From Lachnospiraceae bacterium (lineage in GTDB: Bacteria; Bacillota; Clostridia; Lachnospirales; Lachnospiraceae), in NCBI GenBank assembly GCA_028692055.1, contig JAQUYA010000003.1, positions 1,036 through 65,035 on the forward strand: a stretch of DNA of 64,000 bases, read 5' to 3'. The translations under genes were made by a program, and so were the position numbers. The notes beneath the pieces are model-generated. The model saw nothing but the letters and a program-made list of their open reading frames with translations, did no database searches and was not told where the DNA came from. Below, in pieces: positions 17,511 to 27,009 of the stretch (the first letter of the stretch is position 1; every line of letters starts with the position of its first letter).

Positions 17511-18491
17511 TTATTTTGGATATCCGGAGGAATAATGCAGCGTATAGTCATCCGTAATGAAAACAGCTTCTACATTGGGCAGGGATTCGATGAGTGTCAT
17601 ACCTTTTTCCAAGCCAAGCGCAAAGCAACTGGTGCTTAGTCCGTCCCCCTCCGTGGAGGTATTGGATAAGATAGTTACCCCCAGCAGATGGTTATTGTAG
17701 GGATACCCGGTAGCAGGATTTAAGATGTGATGATAGAGCATGCCCCCTTGCTCAAAATAACGTTCATATACACCGGAGGACACAACAGAGCTATCGGATA
17801 TGGAAACCTGTGTAATGGAAGTGTTACGGTCGTCAAATGGTTTTTGAATTCCAATGGTAAAGTGGGTCTGGTCAGGTTTATTTCCAATCGTCAATACATT
17901 ACCACCGAGATTAATAACAGCACTTGTAACACCCTGCTCCAGTAAATATGATTTGATTTTATCAGCAATAAACCCTTTGGCAATAAAACCAAGATCTATT
18001 GCTGCTTTTTTATTGGTAAGTGTCACTACATTATCCTGAACCTGAACGGTTCGATAATCAACATTTGGAAGCAATGCGTTTATCTCGTAGTCAGCAGGAA
18101 CCTTTTTGGGCTTATCCGATGAAAAATCCCATAAGTCACTGAGTGGAGCCAATGTAATATCTACAGAACCATCGGTAATATCACAGTAGGTAAGTGCTGT
18201 TTGGATTAAATCGGCAGTCTCGGCGGAAACAGTAGTGGGAGTTCCGTTACTATGATTAATATTCCAGATATCGCTGCCTTCCAAGGTCCGGCTAAGCAGT
18301 TTTTCATACGAATCACATACAGCAAATGCACCATCGATAAGCGAGGTATCGGTAGTGTCATAAAGTGTAATAGAAATGACGGTATTCAAATAAAAGCCTG
18401 TTTTTGTGACAGGTTCCATTTTTTTTGTACAACCATATAGAAAAATATTTGAAAAGCAAAGTAAAAATAGAATAAAATTTATTTTTTTCAT
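17511..18491 (-). CDS. apbE: FAD:protein FMN transferase (ApbE family) lipoprotein
   Basis: Lipobox LYGC after a signal peptide; ApbE motifs (DLGFIAKGFIADK, SVVSSGVYERYF, HHILNPATGYP). Sits next to rnf, whose D and G subunits need flavinylation. Confidence 0.85.
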   Translation of the reverse strand: MKKINFILFLLCFSNIFLYGCTKKMEPVTKTGFYLNTVISITLYDTTDTSLIDGAFAVCDSYEKLLSRTLEGSDIWNINHSNGTPTTVSAETADLIQTALTYCDITDGSVDITLAPLSDLWDFSSDKPKKVPADYEINALLPNVDYRTVQVQDNVVTLTNKKAAIDLGFIAKGFIADKIKSYLLEQGVTSAVINLGGNVLTIGNKPDQTHFTIGIQKPFDDRNTSITQVSISDSSVVSSGVYERYFEQGGMLYHHILNPATGYPYNNHLLGVTILSNTSTEGDGLSTSCFALGLEKGMTLIESLPNVEAVFITDDYTLHYSSGYPK

Positions 18492-18614
18492 TATATAATT
18501 CCACCGTTTGAGTTAGTGTCTGTTTAGGTTCTGAACTTGAAATACATATCCTGATAAGTTATTATATAAGATGTCAGTTGGAAATGAAAGAAAAAAATAA
18601 AAGGAGATTTCCCT

Positions 18615-19793
18615 ATGCGTTTGGAAGATAATTACGAAGAAAATGAATACGATAAGCCTTCAGAAAACAGGAAAATGCTTGTACAGGTTGCTTTGGGTGT
18701 TTCTCTTGCGGTAATTACGATAGTGGGAATCGTAATCGCGATAAATTACGATACAAAAACAAATAAAAAGGTAGCAAAAGAAAATAGAATAACTACAGAA
18801 ACGACAAACCATATGAGTGCAGAAGTACAGGAAGTGCATGAAAGTGTCCAGAAGTTAGTTGAAAATAGTGGATTGACTTCAGACGATTTGGATTTCTGGG
18901 ATATTTATACAGGAAAGAATAAAGATGCGGATTCTGTCAGTGACAATGATTCCAATAGAAAAAAGGAAAACAGTAAAACAGATGAAGACAGCACAGAAGA
19001 GGGGAAAGATGGACTCACTGATGCAGAAGCGGATCACGTAAATCAAACGAAAATCACGAAATCGGATGGAACAGAAGAATGGTCCAACATTAGTCCCTTT
19101 ATTACAAAAAATAAATATGACGAAAATGGCTTTATTTATAAAGATCCAATTATGAAATATTATGAAAATGGCAAAAATATATCCTATATGGGAGTTGATA
19201 TTTCCAAGGAAACAGGACTGGTTGATTTTGTAAAGCTCAAGAATGCAGGAGTTCAATTTGTAATGATTAAAGTAGGTGCACGTGGGTATGGAAATGGTCA
19301 GCTGACGGTAGATGATACCTTTACGGATTACATACAAAAAGCATCGGAAGCAGGACTGGACATAGGTGTATATTTCTATTCACAGGCGATTACAAAAGAA
19401 GAGGCTTTAGAAGAGGCAAATCTGGTATATGAAAATATAAAAGATTATCATTTGGTATATCCGATTGCTTTTGATATGGAAAAGGTATCCGGTGATGCGG
19501 CCAGAACAGATTTTTTGACAAGAGAAGAAAAGAGTAATCTAGCCCTTATTTTCCTGGATGCTCTGAAGAATGTAGGTTATAAGGGAATTATCTATGGAAA
19601 TAAAGAATGGCTCATAAAGGAAATTAATCTGTCCACCGTAGGAACCTATGATATCTGGCTATCCCAGGAAGGCGAAAAACCGGATTATCCATATAAGTAT
19701 TCCATGTGGCAGTATACACAATCGGGAACCATTGATGGAATTAATGGAGATGCTAATTTAGATATTTGCTTTATAAATTATGCCATGAAATAG
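18615..19793 (+). CDS. Membrane-anchored GH25 muramidase (lysozyme)
   Basis: TM helix near residue 25, an acidic linker, then GH25 motifs (GVDISK, FVMIKVGARGY, GVYFYSQA, FDMEK, MWQYT...GDANLD). Confidence 0.8.
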   Translation: MRLEDNYEENEYDKPSENRKMLVQVALGVSLAVITIVGIVIAINYDTKTNKKVAKENRITTETTNHMSAEVQEVHESVQKLVENSGLTSDDLDFWDIYTGKNKDADSVSDNDSNRKKENSKTDEDSTEEGKDGLTDAEADHVNQTKITKSDGTEEWSNISPFITKNKYDENGFIYKDPIMKYYENGKNISYMGVDISKETGLVDFVKLKNAGVQFVMIKVGARGYGNGQLTVDDTFTDYIQKASEAGLDIGVYFYSQAITKEEALEEANLVYENIKDYHLVYPIAFDMEKVSGDAARTDFLTREEKSNLALIFLDALKNVGYKGIIYGNKEWLIKEINLSTVGTYDIWLSQEGEKPDYPYKYSMWQYTQSGTIDGINGDANLDICFINYAMK

Positions 19794-19800
19794 CAATAAT

Positions 19801-19858
19801 ATAACTCGATACAAAGTTCAGACAGGCATATTTCTGCTTGAACTTTATATCGAGTTAT
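19801..19858. terminator. Bidirectional terminator hairpin between convergent genes
   Basis: ATAACTCGATACAAAGTTCAG ... TTGAACTTTATATCGAGTTAT, a long near-perfect stem. The stop of the minus-strand gene lies in the 3' arm. Confidence 0.6.
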
Positions 19859-20673
19859 GTTTGCGTTAGACGTATAGTGTCAGGAGTTAGAGTATAGAGT
19901 CGGTCAGAAACCTTCAGCGTAGAGTAAATAGTGGCATAGTCCTGATTTGATAAGCTTTCTACAAAATTCGGAGTATATTTTTTATGAATACCATTTTTGG
20001 CAAGAATGTCAATTGCCTTATTGTAGGCAATCGCGGCTTCTATTTCAGAAGTATAGGTACCTACCTGATAGTAGCTGCGTACATGGATTTTTACTTTATA
20101 AAGACGAGTTTCATTTTTCATGATTTGTGTAATGCCGTGATATATATTATATATTTCAATATTCTCATAGCGGAAATCATGTGGATTATCATTGATAAAA
20201 CGATAGTCACGACCTAATACCGAATAATTTTTGATACGATAGCGGTTTAAAATATTGTATTGCATTCCATAGTCGGCAACGAACAGATGCCCTTTTCGCT
20301 GCATAATTTTATGCGAGGAATAATAAAACAAATCATCAATATCAAAAATAAGTGGATTGTGTTGTGTGAGATAATATAAAAAATATTTTTTCCGTGTATA
20401 AATCGGATTGCAAAAATAAATGCCATTATCTCTAAAATTTATAAGAGATACCCATTTTGCAAAAGAAAGAAGCTGTTTTGTATGATAATTTTCAATACCT
20501 AGCGTGAAATCATGGAGTACGTGGTCAGCTTCCCGATAGGCGAGATTGGCTTTGGGCATGGAATCAAAACTGCCAAGGCTGATATGTTTACGGTTATGTG
20601 TAATCGAAGCCCTGTAATATTTTGTTTGATTCTTTTTTGTGGCAATATATACGCCCGGAAGTGCAGGACTCAT
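19855..20673 (-). CDS. Hypothetical protein with two AP2-like DNA-binding modules flanking a degenerate HNH-like segment
   Basis: GVYIATKKNQTKYYRASITHNRKHISLGSFDSMPKANLAYREA and YKVKIHVRSYYQVGTYTSEIEAAIAYNKA look like AP2/integrase-type domains. The central FINDNPHDFRYENIEI resembles the HNH_3 NGDxxDNRxxNL region. Start set at ATG 20673 with an AAAGGAAAG RBS. Confidence 0.5.
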   Translation of the reverse strand: MSPALPGVYIATKKNQTKYYRASITHNRKHISLGSFDSMPKANLAYREADHVLHDFTLGIENYHTKQLLSFAKWVSLINFRDNGIYFCNPIYTRKKYFLYYLTQHNPLIFDIDDLFYYSSHKIMQRKGHLFVADYGMQYNILNRYRIKNYSVLGRDYRFINDNPHDFRYENIEIYNIYHGITQIMKNETRLYKVKIHVRSYYQVGTYTSEIEAAIAYNKAIDILAKNGIHKKYTPNFVESLSNQDYATIYSTLKVSDRLYTLTPDTIRLTQT

Positions 20674-20802
20674 AAGAAAGCTTTCCTTTCTGAACGAATT
20701 GGATAATAAAATGTTACAATTTAGTATAACATTTTCATAAAAATAAAACAATTTTGAAATATTTTTCCTGCTTCCTGTATAGAATAATAGTACGAGCTTA
20801 TA

Positions 20803-21492
20803 TTGAAGTACGAATGGAGGCGTTGTGAAATAAAAAAAGAATTATTTTGTGGACAAAGATATTTATTATATGTAGGACTTTTTTACTGTATCTGCTGTAT
20901 GGCAATTGCAAGTGTAATTGGCATTAAGGGCACCAGAATAGCATCGGCAGGATATGGGCAGGGAGAAAAATACAGTACAGTAGAGAAGAATAGTGAGGTA
21001 TACACAGATAAGAAGGCACAAATACAGGGTATGTATACACTCCCTATAGAGACATCCGGACAGAGAATGGTTTCTTATGAGATGATTCAAAAAGAAAGGA
21101 TAATAGAATTATCAGAAGAGGATTATCAGAATCTGCTTAAAATTGTTGAGTCAGAAGCGGGTGGAGAAGATATAGAAGGAAAAATGCTGGTTGCAAATGT
21201 AGTCATTAATCGAGTGAAAAGTACATTGTTTCCAAACAATGTTACCGATGTAATATTTCAAAAGGAACAGGGTGTATCGCAGTTTTCACCAACAAGTGAT
21301 GGGAGAATCTATCAGGTAAGTGCCTCGGAAGATACTATAAATGCGGTAAACCGTGCATTACTTGGTGAGAATAATGCCAAGGGAGCTCTTTATTTTGCGG
21401 CAAGGGATTATGCAGACCCTATGAGAATGCAATGGTTTGATACACATTTGACATTTTTGTTCAAACATGGTGGGCATGAATTTTTTTATTGA
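20803..21492 (+). CDS. SleB/CwlJ-type cell wall hydrolase (Hydrolase_2), membrane anchored
   Basis: ESEAGGEDIEGKMLVANVVINRV...VIFQKEQGVSQFS...ALYF motifs. The start is uncertain (TTG at 20803). Confidence 0.7.
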   Translation: MKYEWRRCEIKKELFCGQRYLLYVGLFYCICCMAIASVIGIKGTRIASAGYGQGEKYSTVEKNSEVYTDKKAQIQGMYTLPIETSGQRMVSYEMIQKERIIELSEEDYQNLLKIVESEAGGEDIEGKMLVANVVINRVKSTLFPNNVTDVIFQKEQGVSQFSPTSDGRIYQVSASEDTINAVNRALLGENNAKGALYFAARDYADPMRMQWFDTHLTFLFKHGGHEFFY

Positions 21493-21639
21493 GTATCAGA
21501 TTCCAGTAAACAATAATTTTTTTACAGAGTCGCGTTTTTGTTTGATTACCATATAAATTTATGATATACTTACGCATTAGATAGGTAAGAATATAGTCAT
21601 TAAATATAAAATATAAAAAAGTACGAGAGGAATCAAGTT

Positions 21640-23127
21640 ATGGAAATCTTATATAAGAGTACCAGAAGTGAAGATACAGAGGTAAAAGCTTCCGAAGCAA
21701 TTTTAAAAGGATTAGCAAACGATGGAGGATTATTTGTTCCAGAATCCATTCCAGCATTGGATAAAAGCCTGGAAGAATTATCCACGATGACTTATCAGGA
21801 AGTTGCTTATGAGGTAATGAAATTATTCCTGACTGATTTTACCGAGGAAGAATTAAAGACCTGCATCACGCGTGCTTATGATTCCAAATTTGATACAGAA
21901 GTCATTGCACCGGTAACTGGAAAAGAGAGTCCGTATTTCCTTGAATTATATCATGGGGCAACGATTGCGTTTAAAGATATGGCATTATCTATTTTGCCAC
22001 ATTTAATGATAACTGCTGCAAAAAAAAATCATGTGGACAATGATATCGTGATTTTAACCGCAACCTCAGGAGATACTGGAAAGGCGGCTTTAGCCGGATT
22101 TGCAGATGTAAAGGGAACCAAAATTATTGTCTTTTATCCGAAAAACGGGGTTAGCCCAATTCAGGAGAAGCAGATGGTAACGCAAAAAGGGGATAATACA
22201 TATGTCGTTGGTATTCATGGCAACTTTGATGATGCCCAGACTGGTGTGAAAACACTATTTTCAGATAAAGAGTTAGCAGATGAAATGGCAGCGAAAGGAT
22301 ATCAGTTCTCTTCTGCAAATTCTATTAATATCGGACGTCTGGTGCCGCAAGTAGTTTATTATGTATACGCTTATGCACAGCTATTGCAAAAGAATGAAAT
22401 TCAAAAGGGTGAAAAGATAAATGTTGTTGTACCTACCGGCAACTTTGGAAATATTTTAGCTGGATTTTATGCAAAAAATATGGGAGTTCCAATTGATAAA
22501 TTAATTTGTGCTTCTAATGATAATAAAGTACTTTATGATTTCTTTAGTACAGGAACTTATGATAGAAACAGAGAATTTGTTTTAACCACTTCTCCATCGA
22601 TGGATATTCTGATTTCCAGTAATTTGGAGCGTTTGATTTATCGTATTGCGGGAAACAGTGCGGAAAAGAATGCAGAATTGATGGTGTCCTTATCTGCAAA
22701 GGGCAGCTATGATATCACCGACACGATGAAAAAGGAATTAAAGGATTTCTATGGTAATTATGCGACAGAAAAAGAAACAGCAGAGATAATTCAGGAACTT
22801 TACCAAAAGGACGGTTATGTCATTGATACACACACAGCGGTTGCGGCTGCCGTATATAAAAAATATACAGCAGATACCAAAGATACAACGAAGACAGTTA
22901 TTGTCTCAACGGCAAGCCCTTACAAATTTGGCAGAAGTGTAATGACAGCCATTAACGGGAAATATGATGCCCTGTCAGATTTTGACTTAATCGACGAATT
23001 GGAAAAAATTTCCAATGTAAAGGTCCCAAATGCAATTGAAGAGATACGTAAAGCGCCGGTACTTCATAACCATATCTGCGAAAAAGACCAAATGAAGAAA
23101 ACCGTAAAAGAATTCTTGAATATATAG
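21640..23127 (+). CDS. thrC: Threonine synthase
   Basis: 495 aa long-form ThrC with the PLP lysine motif TIAFKDMAL, TATSGDTGKAA and VPTGNFGNILAG. Confidence 0.9.
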   Translation: MEILYKSTRSEDTEVKASEAILKGLANDGGLFVPESIPALDKSLEELSTMTYQEVAYEVMKLFLTDFTEEELKTCITRAYDSKFDTEVIAPVTGKESPYFLELYHGATIAFKDMALSILPHLMITAAKKNHVDNDIVILTATSGDTGKAALAGFADVKGTKIIVFYPKNGVSPIQEKQMVTQKGDNTYVVGIHGNFDDAQTGVKTLFSDKELADEMAAKGYQFSSANSINIGRLVPQVVYYVYAYAQLLQKNEIQKGEKINVVVPTGNFGNILAGFYAKNMGVPIDKLICASNDNKVLYDFFSTGTYDRNREFVLTTSPSMDILISSNLERLIYRIAGNSAEKNAELMVSLSAKGSYDITDTMKKELKDFYGNYATEKETAEIIQELYQKDGYVIDTHTAVAAAVYKKYTADTKDTTKTVIVSTASPYKFGRSVMTAINGKYDALSDFDLIDELEKISNVKVPNAIEEIRKAPVLHNHICEKDQMKKTVKEFLNI

Positions 23128-23154
23128 CAGATACATAAGAAGGAGTAGTTGAAG

Positions 23155-23505
23155 ATGTCTGATTCATTTCCGATTTTTGATATTATTATATTATTTGGTG
23201 GATTATACTTGTTATATTCGTTGGCAGGTATGATTACCAAAAATAAAATTCCAGGTGTCTTAATGAGCAAAGGAATGGAATTGACTAAGGAAGCCGATGT
23301 TCCGGGCTTCATCCATGCGATGAAGGTTCCTACCGGTGTGATGGGAGTTGTTGCAAGTATTTCGGGTGGACTTGGGATTGCATGTAAATATGTGTCAGGC
23401 ATTGATACGCTTCAGTTTGTGGTATTAATTATCGCGTTTGTTATGTTGATTGCATATGGATATATAGATGTGGTGGCACAGAAAAAATATTTAAAAATTA
23501 AATAA
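23155..23505 (+). CDS. Hypothetical small membrane protein (3 predicted helices)
   Basis: 116-aa ORF with hydrophobic segments and no recognised motif. ATG 23155 is preferred over the TTG at 23149. Confidence 0.45.
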   Translation: MSDSFPIFDIIILFGGLYLLYSLAGMITKNKIPGVLMSKGMELTKEADVPGFIHAMKVPTGVMGVVASISGGLGIACKYVSGIDTLQFVVLIIAFVMLIAYGYIDVVAQKKYLKIK

Positions 23506-23528
23506 GTAAAAAATATTTTTAAAGAAGG

Positions 23529-23570
23529 AAGCAGGGGTAAGAGAAAAATATTACTTACCTTTGCTTTTTT
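23529..23570 (+). terminator. Rho-independent terminator
   Basis: AAGCAGGGGTAAG ... CTTACCTTTGCTT stem (two G-U pairs) running into a T-run. Confidence 0.65.
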
Positions 23571-23639
23571 GTTGTGTTTTTACAGGGAAAATATTACAAT
23601 AAATGCAATATGGAATTCAACAAAAGGAGAAGGACAACT

Positions 23640-25259
23640 ATGATAAAGGTATTTTTGGTTGAAGATGAAATCGTAGTACGCGAGGGAATAAAAAATAATA
23701 TTGAATGGGAAAAAGAAGGATTTGCATTTGTGGGAGAAGCAAGTGATGGCGAGCTTGCCCTGCCAATGATTCAGGAATTAAAGCCGGACATTATTATAAC
23801 GGATATCAAAATGCCCTTCATGGATGGCTTGGAGTTAAGCCGTCTGGTGAAAAAGGAGCAGCCAAATGTTAAAATTATGATTTTGAGTGGCTATAACGAA
23901 TTTGATTATGCAAAACAGGCTATTAACATTGGAATTACGGAATACTTACTAAAGCCTATTTCACCCGCAAAGCTATTGCAGGCAGTAAAGGAAATCGCCG
24001 CAAAGATAGAAAAAGAAAATGAACAGCAGGAGTATGTAAAGAAATTTAAAAGAGAAATGCTGGAAAACAAAAATCTGGAGAAACAAAAGTTTTTTAGTGA
24101 TTTGGTATCCAAAGAGCTTGCAATGACAGAGATTTTGGAACGTGCAAATGCATTGGAAATGGATTTTGTGTCTTCGGCATATAATGTGATTCTGTTTAAC
24201 GTAATGAAAAAAAACCAGGTTAATACTTCTTACTCGGAAGAAATTGTGAAAATTACCACAATTTTAGAGGATATCGTGGCTGAAAATGATTCATTGTATA
24301 TGTTTGACAGGGTAGGAGAAGGCTGGGGTTTTCTGATTCTGGGAGAAAATGCTGGTAATGTAGATTATATAAAGAATATATTATTTAAAAAAGTCGTTAA
24401 TGAAATTTTGCAATATGATAATCTGGAATACTTTGGTGGAATTGGAAAGACTGTTCAAAGACTACGGGAACTTCCAGAGTCTTTTGAACAGGCGAGCAGA
24501 GCTTTTTCGTATCGTTATATTGGTAAGACAAATCAGATTATTCATTTTGAACAATTAGGAAATATGAATTTACTTATTGATGAAGACATTGATTTAAGTA
24601 CGCTGGATATTGGTAAAATAGACCGTAAAATATTGGAAAACTTTTTGAAAAGCGGAGCAAGGGAAGAAGTGAAGCATTTTGTTGTCGATTATTTTATCGG
24701 ATTAGGAGAAGACAATATTAATTCTTTATTGTTTCGGCAGTATGTGGCGATGGATATGTATTTTGGTACAGTGGCATTTATTGAAGACCTTGGGTATAGT
24801 TCTAAAGATATCATTGAAGAATGTGGGGAAGTAAGAGGGGTTGCAGGAGAGCTTGTTACAGTGGAAAGCACCAAAATCTATCTGGAACGTATTCTGGATA
24901 AGGCTTTGGAACTTAGAGATAGTATGACGATGAAGAAATATGGAAGCTTAATTGATGATGCAATTGCCTATATGCAGGAAAATTATGCGAAAGAGGATAT
25001 TTCCCTAAATTCGGTAGCTGCCAGCGTCAATATGAGTCCAAGCTATTTCAGTTCCATTTTCAGTCAGGAAATGAGCAAGACATTCATTGAATACTTAACG
25101 GCCATTCGCATGGATAAGGCAAAAGAGCTGTTGATGTGTACCAATATGAAAACTTCGGAGATAGGATATGAGGTAGGTTATAAGGAACCGCATTATTTTA
25201 GTTACATATTTAAAAAGACACAGGAATGCTCACCAAAGGAGTTCCGTTTACGAAGATGA
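23640..25259 (+). CDS. Response regulator with AraC-type HTH output (YesN-like)
   Basis: Receiver domain (MIKVFLVEDE...IIITDIKMPFMDG) and a C-terminal AraC HTH (SLNSVAASVNMSPSYFSSIF...GYKEPHYFSYIFKK). Start set at ATG 23640 after an AAGGAGAAGG RBS. Confidence 0.85.
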   Translation: MIKVFLVEDEIVVREGIKNNIEWEKEGFAFVGEASDGELALPMIQELKPDIIITDIKMPFMDGLELSRLVKKEQPNVKIMILSGYNEFDYAKQAINIGITEYLLKPISPAKLLQAVKEIAAKIEKENEQQEYVKKFKREMLENKNLEKQKFFSDLVSKELAMTEILERANALEMDFVSSAYNVILFNVMKKNQVNTSYSEEIVKITTILEDIVAENDSLYMFDRVGEGWGFLILGENAGNVDYIKNILFKKVVNEILQYDNLEYFGGIGKTVQRLRELPESFEQASRAFSYRYIGKTNQIIHFEQLGNMNLLIDEDIDLSTLDIGKIDRKILENFLKSGAREEVKHFVVDYFIGLGEDNINSLLFRQYVAMDMYFGTVAFIEDLGYSSKDIIEECGEVRGVAGELVTVESTKIYLERILDKALELRDSMTMKKYGSLIDDAIAYMQENYAKEDISLNSVAASVNMSPSYFSSIFSQEMSKTFIEYLTAIRMDKAKELLMCTNMKTSEIGYEVGYKEPHYFSYIFKKTQECSPKEFRLRR

Positions 25260-25325
25260 CGTGAAAACAGATGGGGATAAGAGTGAAATAATTTGACAAT
25301 TATTTTACTCTATTGATTTGTGCGC

Positions 25326-25346
25326 GACCAAAGGTCGCAGATGGGA
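25326..25346 (+). repeat. 21-nt element GACCAAAGGTCGCAGATGGGA, copy 2, ending 6 nt before the kinase ATG
   Basis: Identical to 8598-8618. Here the hairpin is GCGACC-AAA-GGTCGC (6 bp). Confidence 0.9.
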
Positions 25347-25352
25347 ATATAA

Positions 25353-26846
25353 ATGAAAAAGCAAATCATGGAAGGCTTTAAGAAGAGTACATTACGACAA
25401 AAAATGAATCTGTTATCCTGGATTGGGATTATACCATTGGCCGTGCTTATGGTTTATTCATTGGTTCTTATGACGGAACATTTTAAACAGTATGATCAGA
25501 TTGTAACCAATATAACTGCTGCCAATGCATATAATTTGTCCTTTAAAGATAAACTGGACGATACCATGTATCGTATTATCATAGGAAGTGAAAATTGGAG
25601 TGACTCAGAAGAAAAACTGAAAGATGATGACCCTTATATTCAAATACAGGAAGTGCGGGAGGTATTTGAATCTTTATATAATATTACAACTACAGAGAAA
25701 AACAGAAAAAGAATCAGTGGAATTTGCAAGACATTAAATACGTTAGAAGACCGAGTGGATGAGATTCTCGCAAATGTACAGGAATCGGGGCATTATGATG
25801 AAAATATGGAAAAGCTGGATATGAATATTCGTATTTTGACAAGTCTGGTGCAGAAGGAAATTCAGGAATATATCTATTACGAGGCTGCAAGTCTGGAAAT
25901 CATGAGACAACAGGTGTCCAGAGAAAGTAATTTGACCATACAGGTTTCGTTTCTTTCATTTTTAATAATAATTATTATAAGTGGATTAATGTCGCGTTTT
26001 TTAAGCGGGGAAATCGCAAAACCAATCGATGAATTGTGTAAATCTACTTCGGAAGTTGCCAAGGGTAATTTTACCGTACAGGTGCATGTAGAATCTGGAG
26101 ATGAGATTGAGTCTTTGGCAGATAGCTTTAACAGCATGGTTGGAGAGATATCGGAACTGGTGGAGGATATTAAGATTGAACAGAAAAATCTGCGTGCTAC
26201 AGAATTGAAACTGCTGCAGGCACAGATTAATCCTCATTTTTTATACAATACGTTAGATACGATTATTTGGCTGGCAGAAGATAATCAAAAGGAGCAGGTG
26301 ACTGCAATGGTTTCCTCCCTGTCGGATTTCTTTCGGACGACCCTAAGCAAGGGAAAGGACTACATTACGATTCAGGAGGAAGAATCACATATTAAAAGTT
26401 ATCTGGAGATTCAGCAGTTTCGTTACCGGGATATCATGTCTTATGACATCCAATTTGAGGAAGACATATTATGCTATCCAATCTTGAAATTAACGCTGCA
26501 GCCTATCGTGGAGAATGCATTGTATCATGGATTGAAGAATAAAAGAGGATTAGGAAAAATCAGTGTTTTTGGGCAAAAAGAAGAGGATAAGATAAGATTT
26601 ACAGTGAAGGACGATGGTATTGGCATGGATAACGAAACGCTGGAACATTTACGCAGAATTGTGAAGGGAAAAGAGATGAATGATTTGCAGAAGGGATTTG
26701 GGATGGCAAATGTACAACAAAGAATTGAATTGAACTATGGTTCCGAATATGGAATTCAGATTGATAGTGTATACGGAGAGGGTACGACTGTTACAATTAT
26801 AATTCCATGTATTTTTAAACATGAAGAAATCTTAACATTATCATAA
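25353..26846 (+). CDS. Sensor histidine kinase, YesM/LytS-YehU type (2 TM, extracytoplasmic domain, HAMP, His_kinase, HATPase)
   Basis: HAMP region (IAKPIDELCKSTSEVAKGNF), QINPHFLYNTLD H-box of the LytS/YehU class, and N/G boxes (ENALYHG, DDGIGM, GFGMANV). Confidence 0.85.
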   Translation: MKKQIMEGFKKSTLRQKMNLLSWIGIIPLAVLMVYSLVLMTEHFKQYDQIVTNITAANAYNLSFKDKLDDTMYRIIIGSENWSDSEEKLKDDDPYIQIQEVREVFESLYNITTTEKNRKRISGICKTLNTLEDRVDEILANVQESGHYDENMEKLDMNIRILTSLVQKEIQEYIYYEAASLEIMRQQVSRESNLTIQVSFLSFLIIIIISGLMSRFLSGEIAKPIDELCKSTSEVAKGNFTVQVHVESGDEIESLADSFNSMVGEISELVEDIKIEQKNLRATELKLLQAQINPHFLYNTLDTIIWLAEDNQKEQVTAMVSSLSDFFRTTLSKGKDYITIQEEESHIKSYLEIQQFRYRDIMSYDIQFEEDILCYPILKLTLQPIVENALYHGLKNKRGLGKISVFGQKEEDKIRFTVKDDGIGMDNETLEHLRRIVKGKEMNDLQKGFGMANVQQRIELNYGSEYGIQIDSVYGEGTTVTIIIPCIFKHEEILTLS

Positions 26847-26875
26847 GAAATCATAATTTGTTCATAATTTATTCA
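26841..26875 (+). promoter_or_regulatory. Helically phased TCATAA direct repeats (possible response-regulator binding sites)
   Basis: TCATAAgaaa TCATAATTTGT TCATAATTTAT TCA; repeats start at 26841, 26851 and 26862. Confidence 0.3.
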
Positions 26876-26937
26876 AAAATTAGTAAAAAATAACACATAA
26901 CACAAAAGATATTCGGTATCCATTAAAAAAAATTTCC

Positions 26938-27009
26938 AATATAATATGAATATGTTAAAGATAAGCAATCGAAAGCTTATCGGGTACATAAAACTATTCA
27001 TATTATATT
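26938..27009 (+). promoter_or_regulatory. 15-bp perfect inverted repeat bracketing the leader of the binding-protein gene
   Basis: AATATAATATGAATA (26938-26952) and TATTCATATTATATT (26995-27009). An inner hairpin GATAAGC-N8-GCTTATC is present. The left arm contains a TATAAT, and the right arm abuts the SD AGGAGGG. Confidence 0.4.

Noticed and set aside
18615-21492. GH25 lysozyme, an AP2/HNH-like protein and a SleB-like hydrolase considered as a prophage lysis-module remnant.
   Set aside because: No integrase, holin, capsid, tail or terminase genes, att-like repeats or compositional break are present. Both hydrolases have membrane anchors typical of housekeeping or sporulation wall enzymes.
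26945-26959. 15-nt identity TATGAATATGTTAAA shared by the ABC-operon leader (26945-26959) and the pckA upstream palindrome (36722-36736). A related TTATGAATG palindrome lies at 42862.
   Set aside because: A 15-mer match made almost entirely of A and T is roughly expected by chance among all position pairs in 64 kb of AT-rich DNA. Arm spacing differs (42, 5 and 3 nt), so a common regulator cannot be supported.
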